Assembly (NCBI GenBank): GCA_951406725.2
Contig: OX597817.1
Coordinates: 106,578,001 to 106,642,000 of the forward strand
Origin: Octopus vulgaris
Lineage: Eukaryota
DNA length: 64,000 nt
Direction of reading: 5' to 3'
In this document: positions 28,002 through 40,854 of the stretch, piece by piece
Layout: every line of letters starts with the position of its first letter
Position numbering within the stretch: the first letter of the stretch is position 1
Notes under the pieces: generated by a model
What the model saw: the letters and a program-made list of their open reading frames with translations, nothing else
Databases searched by the model: none
What the model was told of the DNA's origin: nothing
Position numbers and translations under genes: made by a program

Positions 28002-29431
28002 AATAAGTAACAAGGATATCCAAGGTAGTGTAAGAAGAACATGTTCTTAATGATGAAATTAACCTCTCTGTCTATATGTCTACCCTCTTTGTAATGTTGG
28101 CAAATGAAATAAGTATAAAAATGTGCATTGCCTGTTTAATTAAAAAATTCTATATGTGGCTGAAGATTGCTCAACATTTTAAAACTGATGTAATACTTAC
28201 ATTGTTTAATAAAATGAAGTAGCATGAAACAATTGTACTACACTACCTTGGATATCCTTGTTGCTTATTTTGATTATAATCACCCCATTTGATTTATATG
28301 GATAATACCATACAAAATTCTGGTGTCTTTAACTTAAGTACCATATTCATCTGAATCTAAATTTTGCTGTATATATATAAGTCATATGATATAGTGTATA
28401 TTTAAACACATGAGGAATCCACTCAAAGGAATTCAGCATGCTAGAAAGAAGAGCTAGGTTCTATAACCACAAAAATTAGGGATAAAATTCAACAGGAACG
28501 AAATATATATATATATATATGATGGGGTGCTGAAAAGTTCCTGGCTTTGGGTAAAAGGAAATACAGGAGGATCAGTTAAGTATGATTTTATTCAACATAT
28601 TCCCCTCTCAGATTCACACACTTATTGCAGCAGTCCTTCAAGTTTTCTAATCCCTGTAAAAGAACTCAGAAGATTGGGCCTCCAATCAAGCTTTTCACGA
28701 TACTCTTAAAGCCAGGAACTTTCCAGGACCCACTCAAATTAATTATTATTATTAATATTATTGTTATAATTGATTCTCCTGTCATTAGACATTGTATGAG
28801 GGTTCTGCAATTTCTTGTTGGGCATCCACACAGGTAATTTTTTTTTATAGTAATCAAATGTTTGTTTTCACATAGGCTTACACCCTCCATCAAATCAACA
28901 TTGCCTCCTCTACAGGTGCACAACTGTGCTCACATATCAGAAGTGAAAACGATCGCAGAGCAACATGAAATGAAGTGTCTTGCTCAAGAACACAAAACAC
29001 TGCCTGGTCAGGGAATCAAACCCATGATCTAGCAATTATGAATGCAACATATATACGTACATATATCTATATACATATAAATTTAGGGTGAATACTTGAT
29101 AAATGTAAGCACCTGTATAGGTGATAGGATATATGTATCAAAAGAAAAACAGGACGCAAAGGATTTTGCGGTACATATGTTTCGGGCTTTATTGAACAAC
29201 TTATTCTTATATCAATGCATAATTGATATAACAGATAGATCAAAAGCCTTCTTCAGCCACGTACAATTACCACACCAAAGACATGTATCACATTATAACA
29301 GGTTTGAGAAAGAGTTTGAGAAAAAAACGAGTTTCATTGGGAAAGTAAATCCTCATAGGCGTACATGGTATTGTGAGACTCCAAAACAAATCATCCATAC
29401 CTTTTCTTCACTCGATAAAGAATGAATATAT

Positions 29432-29488
<57 letters not shown>

Positions 29489-29920
29489 AAAATATAAATA
29501 ATATATAAATATATGCATACATACATACATATATATGTATATATACATGCATATATGGGTACAGGACATCAAAAAAAGGTTGAACACAATGAGAAACGAA
29601 AACATAAAAACAAAAACATAGAAACAAACTTTTTTTCAAGCAAGTACAAGACATACAACACAAGGAATATCCCCCTTCTTAAGTTGTCCCTGTTTCATGT
29701 ACTCCGCGTTTTGAAAGTAAGGACAAGATGCGACTTCGTTGAAACAGTCCTTCCCGCCAAGCAAATTAAATAAAATTTGGGATTTTTTGCAGAGGGTGAA
29801 AGTGGTAACAAGAACAGGGCAGTAAGAACAAAACAGTAAAAACAATAAAAGACAGAACAATACATATATAAACATATATACATACATATATATGTACATA
29901 TATATATATATATACACATA

Positions 29921-29968
<48 letters not shown>

Positions 29969-30205
29969 CATATATATACATACATATACATATATATATA
30001 CATATATATACATATATACATATATATACATATATACATATATATATACACATATATATACATATATATACACATATATATACATATATACATATATACA
30101 TATATATACATATATACATATATACATATATATACATATATACATATATATACATATATACATATATATACATATATACATATATACATATATATACATA
30201 TATAC

Positions 30206-30242
<37 letters not shown>

Positions 30243-30261
30243 CATAAATATATATACATAA

Positions 30262-30312
<51 letters not shown>

Positions 30313-30313
30313 C

Positions 30314-30350
<37 letters not shown>

Positions 30351-30604
30351 CATATATATACATATACATATATATACATACATATATATATACATATACA
30401 TATATATACATACATATATATATACATATATATACATACATATATATATACATATATATACATACATATATATATACATATATATACATACATATATATA
30501 TACATATACATATATATACATACATATATATATACATATATATACATATACATACATACATATATATACATACATACATATATATACATACATATATACA
30601 TACA

Positions 30605-30642
<38 letters not shown>

Positions 30643-30785
30643 CACATATATACATACATATATATACACATATATACATACATATATATACACATATATA
30701 CATACATATATATACACATATATACATACATATATATACACATATATACATACATATATATACACACACATATATACACATATAT

Positions 30786-30830
<45 letters not shown>

Positions 30831-30859
30831 TATATGTAAATATATACACACACACACAC

Positions 30860-30900
<41 letters not shown>

Positions 30901-30937
30901 CATATATATATATATATATGAATATATGTAAATATAT

Positions 30938-30968
<31 letters not shown>

Positions 30969-31021
30969 AATAAACATATATATATATATATATATATATG
31001 AATATATGTAAATATATACAT

Positions 31022-31062
<41 letters not shown>

Positions 31063-34000
31063 CATATATATATATATATATATATCTACTTGTGAAGACC
31101 CGTTGAGGCAAGTGAGGATCAGAATGGAAATCGATCAATGGAAATTGCAGATGTGTTACCAGTGCCGGTGGCATGTAAGAGAACCTTCCGTTTCGCGACC
31201 GTTGCCAGCACCACCCCGTTTTGTGTCCGTTGCCAGCCTCGCCCGGCCCTTGTGCCGGTGGCACATAAAAAGCACCATCCATTCGTGGCCGTTTGCCAGC
31301 TCTGTCTGGCACCTGTGCAGGTGGCACGTAAAAAGCACCCACTACACTCACGGAGTGGTTGGCGTTAGGAAGGGCATCCAGCCGTAGAAACACTGCCAGA
31401 TTTTACTGGACCTGATGAAGCCTTCTGGCTTCACAGACCCCAGTAGAACCGTCCAACCCATGCTAGCATGGAAAACGGACGCTAAACGATGATGATGATG
31501 ATGATGATATATATTATATATATATACATATATATAAACATATATATATATATATATGTGATGGCTACTTTCAATTTCTTTCTACCAAATCCACTCACAA
31601 GTCTTTGATTAACCCAAGGCTGTAGTAGAAGACACTTGCCCAAGGTGCCATACAGTGGGACTGAACCCAGAACCACGCTGTTGGGAAACAAACTTCTTAT
31701 GACAGAGGTGAAATCTTAGTTGTAAAAAATGGTAAAATAAAAGCAATCTCTTTTTACTGAATTCTATGCAATATTTGTTTTGCACTGAATGACAGACACT
31801 CATTTTCCAGCTTACTGTCAGAAACATAAAGAACCTGAAATCCTTCTTTGGAAACCAGTAATCAATAACAATTTTGTTGAAGAAATCTAAAATGTCCACT
31901 GCAAAATGGTGTGTTGGAAGTTTTTGAATCAGAACTCTTCATTCTCATCTGAAGTGCAAAACTCAAAAATATGACAAACAGATTTCAGTACAATTCTTAT
32001 AAACAATTTAAAGACTTTTCATGATTCAAAGAACATTTTTGTTCACTCAGACAAAATTAGAACTTCTTACATGATATTAATAGTAATAGATACAGGCATA
32101 GCTGTATGGTAAGAACCTTGCTTCCCAACCATATAGTTTCAGGTTCAGTCCCACTGCATGGCACTTTGAGCGAGTGTCTTCTACTATAGCCTCAAGCTGA
32201 CCAAAGCTTTGTGAGTGGAATTGGTAGATGGAAACTGAAAGAAGCTCATTGTATTTATATATATTTCTGTGAGTGTGTCTTTGTGTCTGTATTAGTCCCT
32301 CCACCATCACTTGACAACCAATGTTGGTGTGTTGACATCCCTGTAACTTAGCAGTTCAGCAAAATAGACTGATAGAATAATTACTAAGCTTACAAAGAAT
32401 AAGTCCTGTGGTCGATCTCTTCGACTAAAAACCTTTTAAGGCAGTGCTCCAGCATGGCTGTAGTCAAATGACTGAAACATGTAAAAGAATACTTGTCTAA
32501 TTATATTGTTAATACTTATAAAAAAAATTTGCTTCCCAACTATGGTGTTTTAGGTTCAGTTCCACTGCACAGCACTTTGAATAAGTGTCTTCTACTACAG
32601 CCCCACGATGACCAAAGCCTTGTGAGTGGATTTGGTAAATGGAAACTGAAAGAAACATATTGTATATATATATGTGTATGTGTGAGTATCTATGCATGAG
32701 TTTTTGCATTTGTGTTGTGTTTGTCCCACACCACTGCTGAACAACTGGTATTGGTTTGTTTATACAGCCCCATAATTTGTTTATATATCCCCTTAACTTG
32801 TTTATACATCCCCATAACTTGTTTATACATCGCCATAACTTGTTTATACATCGCCATAACTTGTTTATACATCCCCATAACTTGTTTATACATCCCCATA
32901 ACTTGTTTATACATCCCCATAACTTGTTTATACATCCCCATAACTTGTTTATACAGCCCCATAACTTGTTTATACAGCCCCATAACTTGTTTATACAGCC
33001 CCATAACTTGTTTATAGAGCCCCATAACTTGTTTATATAGCCCTATAACTTGTTTATACATCTCCATAACTTGTTTATACATCCCCATAACTTAGTGCGT
33101 TTGTTTATACATCCTCATAATTTAGGCTGTTGCACTCATAATTGCAAGATCATGGATTTAATTCCCTGACTGGGTGGTGAGCTATGTTCTTTAGCAAAAC
33201 ACTTTTCACATTGCTCCAGTCCCCCATTCAATTGGGGAGAATGTTGGCTTACTTGCCTAGCCAGAGAGGTGACATCATCTGAAGGCTAAAACAATGCAAA
33301 ACCACATTGTGATCAGCAATATGCAACATCTGATAGCCTGGTTAGTCATATGATCACGTAATAACATAGCTGTTTAACAATAGAGACCAATAGAATATGT
33401 ACCAGACTGAAAAAAAAAAAGTACTGGGGGTGATTTGTAAAGATCAAGCCTGCAAGTTGTATCCCAGTATAGTTGAAGTCCATGACAGAAACAAGTAAAA
33501 AAAAACCCATATTCAATTTCATTGTTTTAGAAGCTATGAAAATAGCTATGGAATTAGATATAGATGGATTGATTACAAAAGGGAACTTCTAAACCACACA
33601 ACCATATAAATCAGTTTATAGACATTAAGGAACAACTACAAGAATAGAATCATATTCAAAACTTACCTATTCCAACAGCCGTCTTGACCATTCCACGATA
33701 TGGATTAGGTTTGCCATTAGATGATTTTGATGCTAGTTCTCCTTGGATTTGAAGCCTTGTTTTTGTCAAGTCAAGAGGATAAGTAACTATAGTATATAAA
33801 AACGAAAAGAATACATATTATTTATTTGATGTATCAATAACCAATCAGACACTGAGGCAGTTTTGAATAAATCATATCAGTTTCAATAACATTGAATGGT
33901 ATTTTATTTACTGTGTGTACTCTGAACTCAATCTTAAATGGATTCTTTTACTCTCTAATACATTTCAATTGTTTTAGTTTAAGATATGAGCTCCAGTACT

Positions 34001-34696
34001 TAGTTTAGTTTAGTACTTATTTTATCAGCCTCTATTTGTTGAATGACTAAATTTTACTATCTTGTGAAAGGAATATAACTTACAGCACCATTTTACACTG
34101 ATATACTTAAACATAGAGAGAAAGGTGGGGGAAGAGACTGGTGAATAGATAAATACAGATAGACAGATACACACATATACATGCATGCACACACATTGGT
34201 TTATAATGAAAGAGGAGAAAAGTATTTAATACCACACTATAATACAGTAATTTTTTTATGCTGATCAAGTAGCCTTACTGCTCTGTAGTTCCCCTGACAC
34301 GTGGTAGCAACCACAGGCCCATTGGGAAACTTCAGAGCAACAGGCTAAATAAACTACATATATATATATATCTGTAGCTGTAACTATATCTATCTCAGTG
34401 GTTATGGGTACTCAGCTCATGATTGTAATGTCATGAGTTTGATTACCAGCAGTGTGTTGTGTCCTTGAGCAAGATGCTTTACTTCACATTGCTCTAGTCC
34501 ACTCAGCTGGCAAAAAATCAATGGTACCTGTATTTCAAAGAGCTAGCATTGTTACATTCTGTGTCATGGTGAATCTCCCTGAGATTTGAGGAGTGCTCAG
34601 TCACTTGCGCGTTAATTTCACGAGCAGACTGTTCAGATCAGATCAGAAGGAACCCTCATCATCGTAATGAATGGAGTGCCCATATATATGGGCACC

Positions 34697-34771
<75 letters not shown>

Positions 34772-37700
34772 AACAGAGGCAGTATTAATCCCCAAAGGTA
34801 AAATATTCACCACTTAGAAGTGTATGTTGTATTAGAACACAAATACTGCAATATTTACAAAGTAAAAAAACTCTCATATGGTTATTTGGTACATAAAAGC
34901 ACATCACAACTATCACCATTGGCAGACAATCCCCGCTACTTCTGCTGCTCAGACTACCAGATCACATGATTTTAGCCTGATTTGGCCTTTTCAATGACAG
35001 ATACCAAACAATTGGAAAAGAGTATTCTCTCTTGGTAAGTAACATAGCATTCATGTGTTCTAACACAACATTCTATTCCTGGCACATCCTCCACAGAGTC
35101 CTATCAGAAGCAACAGTAATGAAATTCTCTAGCTGGATTTGCAAGTGTGACTAACTGAGATTATGGATATTCTCTAAACATCCCTTCTTGGTCTACCCCT
35201 AGCATCCTGCTTATTGGCTCAGCTTGAAGAATCTGTTTTGTGATTCTTTTCTGCAACATTTTAATCACAAGTCCATAGTACCAGAGCTGTGACTTCTCAA
35301 TGAACCTAGAGAGACTTCCTCATCTCTAAGCTACACCCCCTGTCAAGCAACATTACTCCAGAGATCCTTTGAAGGAACTCCATTTCAGCCACCTGTATTC
35401 AGTCATACTCTTTCAATCATTACCCAACATTCATGACAATAGATGAGGACAGGGGTGAAAACTAATTTAAAGACAAGTGTGTTTGGCTTCTTTTTTTTTA
35501 ACCAACCTCTTCTCTTCTGTGACTTGTATTAAATTACCCATCTGAGACATGTATTAAATTACACATCTGAGACTTGTGTTAAATTACACATCTGAGACTT
35601 GTGTTAAATTACACATCTGAGACTTGTGTTAAATTACACATCTGAGACTTGTGTTAAATTACACATCTGAGACTTGTGTTAAATTACACACCTGAGACTT
35701 GTGTTAAATTACACACCTGAGACTTGTGTTAAATTACACACCTGAGACTTGTGTTAAATTACACACCTGAAACTTGTGTTAAATTACACACCTGAGACTT
35801 GTGTTAAATTACACATCTGAGACTTGTGTTAAATTACACATCTGCTTTCAACGAAAGACATGCATGTATGTGAACGCACAACTGCACACAAAGAAGCACA
35901 TGATTATGCAGCATAGCATCTTTGTATAAAGTTTCTTGACATATTTCCTTTGAAAACCAATTTTCAAATGACACATACTATTGTCCTTGAACTAACTACC
36001 ATGTGTTTTTGAAACTACCACTTCTGATGCTTTTTAGTCTCCATACAATACACATTTCATTAATGTGTTAATGTTCACACAAATATGTGCCTCTTGTATC
36101 ATCAATTAATACTTATGATACTGTTGCTTTCTTAGTTCTTACTGTCGTCTAGTTTGGTTTATATAAAGAATGGTACACAATGTAAGAAGTATTGTATTTT
36201 CACAGATGCAGGCATGACTATGTGGTGAAGTTTGCTTCCAACCACATGGATTCAAGTTCAGTAGCACATTGGGCAAGTGTCTTCTACTATAGCTGCAGGT
36301 CAACCAAGGCCTTTTGTATGGATTTGGGAGACAGAAACTTAAAGAAGCACCCCACCGCTCTCTCTCTCTCTGTTTTCCTTGTCTTGACATTGCATTATGT
36401 TGTAAATGAATGTCATTCATTTTCAATATACTGCAAAAATATATCTGACCAAGGGGAAATATCACTTTGCTTGGAAACAGGTAATTGTTGGCAACACGAA
36501 GGGTGCCTGGCAGCAGAAAATCTGCCTCAATAAACTCCATCCTACCCATGTATACATGGAAAAAAATGACATTAAAATGATAATGATGATGTAATGAACA
36601 TTAATGGCAAATTCAATAAAAAAGTCTCAGTATAAACATTCATTTATCTAATCAAACTCAATAAATGTTTTATTTGACATTTAGCATTTAACCAACATAA
36701 TAGGTACAGGTCAAATCTTTGAGAAGACAAATGCCATGGCTGGTTATTCCTATTGTATGCACAAGAGGTGACCTATACATATGACATCAGGAGCCCATTG
36801 AGAATCACACCACCAGACCAACTGATAATAATTTGTCTAATATATTTGTTAGTCCCTTAAATATGTTGTATTTATTCATCTATTCAGTGTTTATAAATAT
36901 TCTCATACCCAAGATAAAAAAATACACTTTTCACTGATTTCAAAGTGTCACTACATAAATCCAGTTTGCCAATATATAAATCTATTGAGCTGCCAACTCT
37001 GGTAGGATTTGAAATGAGATACAAAATTAGATAGGTTGATCCACCAAAGCATGATCTTTACCACTTACACTTTGCTCAGAGAGAACGATAAGAAATTAAT
37101 GTAAATCTAATCTGAGTTGTTGAATGGTATTCAGATAATAGATAAAATAAAGTTCAAACTACTTGTCATTAATTTTTGATATTTATGAAAATATTCAGAC
37201 AACTTTCATTAATTCTTTGTTATCATCAGTTTCCCTATTAACTTGAGGTATACTGCAAGCAACTAAACACTAGGAGGAAAACCCCAAAACTTCTTTCACT
37301 GGTATTTGTGACCAAGTGGTATACACCATAGTTCAGGGAAATAAGATCATCCAAAAGTACTGGGTTCAATCCCACTAAAAGCACCATTTTGAAAACAGTA
37401 GGGTGATACCTATGAATCATAACTTAGGTGGGCCTGACTCCCTTAAAGTGTAAGGAATTAACAAGTAGAAACACCTGCTTGAAGTGAGTTTTACTCTGAA
37501 GATTCTCCTGCAGTCTGTTTGCATTGCAGTGAGTCTCCACTTATTTAAGCATGATGGGTCTGTGTATATTTAATCACACATATCTCATCTAAGAGAACAA
37601 ACAACTTATAGTCTGATGTATGACATTCTAGAACTTTTTACTTGGGTTTACATAAGCAGAAGGTAGGGAAATTGCTTGGAAATACTTGGAACCATATGCA

Positions 37701-40420
37701 AATATAAAAAGAGAAGGTACTCTCAAGAATCAAGAATTCAAAAATTTCACATGGCATTAAGGAAAAGAAAATTTGATTGTCTGGAGACAAGAAGCTACAT
37801 GGACACATTTCTGCCTCAGTAGACAATTTAATTGTCTGGACACATGTGTTTCTGTCTCAAATGTGTCATCAACATAGCAGTTGCCCTACCTTATCTCCAG
37901 GAGACAGGACAATTAGACATATACAAAAAAAAAGAAAGAATAAAACATATATAGCCTAGATAATTTGCATAAAGAAAAGAGTAATGAGTAAAGGGAAATT
38001 ATTGAGAATGAATCAGTGACATGTATTTGAACAAAAAAAAAACAAATAAGAGTATATCAAATACTATACAAGATAGATCCTTAATTTATTAAAATTATCT
38101 GATTCTATGGATGATGGTTCGATTGTCTGGTGACAACTGGAACCAACTCCAAATGAAAAGGAAAAATAATAACAAGAATCAAAAATTCTCCAAAACTGAC
38201 ATACTGTATGTAAGAGAAGTCAACAGAGCTGTTGGAGCATCAGATAGAAAGCTTTGTAGTTATTTGCCCCAGGTTTCTGTGCTCTGAATTCAAATCTTGC
38301 CAAGATCAACTTTGCTTTTTATCCTTTCAGAGTTGGTAAATAAAAAGTTCCAGTCAAGTCCTGTGGTCAATTCTCCCTCTCTCTCTCTCCTCCCTCCCCC
38401 CTCTCTTCCTGGGTCTCTCGCTCTCTTTCTGGGTCTTTCTCTTGTGGAAGAGAGAGACCCAGGAAGACATGGGATGAAATAGCAAGGACAGATTTCATGG
38501 AGGAGATGACAATGGACCAAGATGTCAGACAATATGGGGTTCTTAAGAAGACCCCTCCACCTCAGTGAAACCGAGTTCTGGAAGTGCTATGCATTCCACC
38601 CACATCTAACATTAAATTTTTCACACACCTTACTCCAATAAATCAAATTTGCATCCCTCTTCTCCTCTTCCCCACACCTCCTCTTCTTCATGCACTATAC
38701 TTGTCTCTCTTTCCCCATTCTTGCAGCCCACTCCTGTCTTCCTTGCCCTGCCCTGTATCATTGCTATCCTATTATCACCTACATATATACCCAGGTTTCA
38801 CCAGTCACTACATCCCAACATAAAAAGCATCCAGTCTACTTTGTAAAGTAACTGGCATTAGGAAGGGCATCCAGCCATAAAAACCAAGCCTAAACAGACA
38901 GTGGTGCTTGGGGCAGCCTTCTGACTTGCCAATTCCTGTTAAACCATTCAACCCATGCCAGTATGGAAGATAGATGTTGAATGATGATGATGATGATGAA
39001 GATGATGGTGTATGTGTGTGTGTGTGTACATATATATATATATATATATATTGTGTGTGTGTGTACTTATATGTAGACATATATGTAGGGATACATATGC
39101 ACATAGATATTTTTGCACTTACTACTTTTTTTTTTGTCTGAGGCCATGCTAAGCCCCCCAAAATTTGGAAAACTTTGAAAAAGTAGTAGTGCATTAAGCA
39201 AAAGCTGAGGGTATCAGCATTTGGTGGAGAGGAAAGAGCATATATTCAAGTTTTTCAGAGACATTTAAACACTCCCTTTTACTCTACACAGCTCTTTTTA
39301 ATGAACAAGAAATATGTAGTAACACTAATACCACTTTCTCTAGGACTCACATTTCTAGATGAAATTATTATTTCAGTTGGGGTTTAATTTTTAATTATAA
39401 AATTGTGAAATTACTTTGTTCTTTTATTGAAAGTGCTAGGCATGAATCAAACAAAAACAAATTACTTTTTGTCTTTTCCTTTCTGTATGTTAATACATTT
39501 TGGTGCAGTTTCAGAAAAGTGATTATGTAACATAAAGTAATTACATAGCACCAACATTTTTGTCAACAGTTTTTGGCCTATTTAGCATGTACTAAAATGT
39601 GTGGTAAGTGGGTTGCTTACGAACCACATGATTCCAGGTTCAGTCCCACTGCGTGGTACCTTGGGCAAGTGTCTTCTATTATAGCCTTGGGCCGACTAAA
39701 GCCTTGTGAGTGGATTTGGTAGACGGAAGCTGAAAGAAGCCCATCGTATATATGTATGTGTGTGTATATGTTTGTGTGTCTGTGTTTGTCTCCCCCCACA
39801 TCGCTTGACAGCCGATGCTGGTGTGTTTACGTCCCCGTAACTTAGTGGTTCGGCAAAAGAGACCGATAGAATAAGTATTAGGCTTACAAAGAATAAGTCC
39901 TGGAGCCGATTTGCTCGACTAAAGGCGGTGCTCCAGCATGGCCACAGTCAAATGACTGAAACAAGTAAAAGAGTAAAAAGTGTAAAGAGAGTAATGTTAT
40001 TTTATTCTTGCAAGGACAATTTATTTCATTATGAAAAACAACAAAATCACAGAAAACATCAAATTTTTTCAGTTTCGGGAAAACCCAGGCAAAAACGAAT
40101 GGTTTTACATAAAGCTATCCATTTGAATTCATTGATTGAATAAATGGTTGCCCTAGCTTAAGTTTTGAAATAAAAATCAAACTCCTTTGATTTTTTTGAG
40201 TTTTAATCAAGGAAACCTGGACTCTCTTTTACTCTTTTACTTGTTTCAGTCATTTGACTGCAGCCATGCTGGAGCACCGCCTTTAGTCAAGCAAATCGAC
40301 CCCGGGACTTATTCTTTGTAAGCCCAGTACTTATTCTATTCGGTCTCTTTTGCCGAACCGCTAAGTGACGGGGACGTAAACACACCAGCATCGGTTGTCA
40401 AGCAATGCTAGGGGGGACAA

Positions 40421-40464
<44 letters not shown>

Positions 40465-40823
40465 CATATATTTTTTGTTTTTTTATCTCGCCTCACACAC
40501 ACACATACACACACGCACACACTCACACACATCTGTTGCGTTACCAACCTTGTCTCCACTCTTTTGCCTTTAAAAACCCACTTTGCTCTTGTTATCGTAA
40601 ACATCCGCCTTTCACCATGTGTAACTCCTAAACACCAGTCGTTTTTTTCTCTATCCCCGTGCCCGCTCTGGGATCTTTCTTTCCTCTCTCTTCCTTCTTT
40701 ATGTTTCCGACGAAGAGCTCCGCTCGAAACGTCATACCTCCCTGCTTCCATTTCCTGAGCGCCTATTAATAATAATACTGTAATTGTTCCATTGTTGTTG
40801 TTTTTTTGTTTCCCATTTGGATT

Positions 40824-40854
<31 letters not shown>

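Noticed and set aside
29636-31393. Long ORFs of 315-585 aa (YI/YV/CI repeats)
   Set aside because: Translations of a stop-free (TA)/(TACA) microsatellite
32756-33120. CRISPR-like array or MGMYKQV repeat protein
   Set aside because: Units are head-to-tail with no unique spacers, there are no cas genes, the context is eukaryotic, and the ORFs arise only because the 21-bp period is divisible by 3
35521-35843. CRISPR-like palindromic repeat
   Set aside because: No spacers; a simple tandem minisatellite
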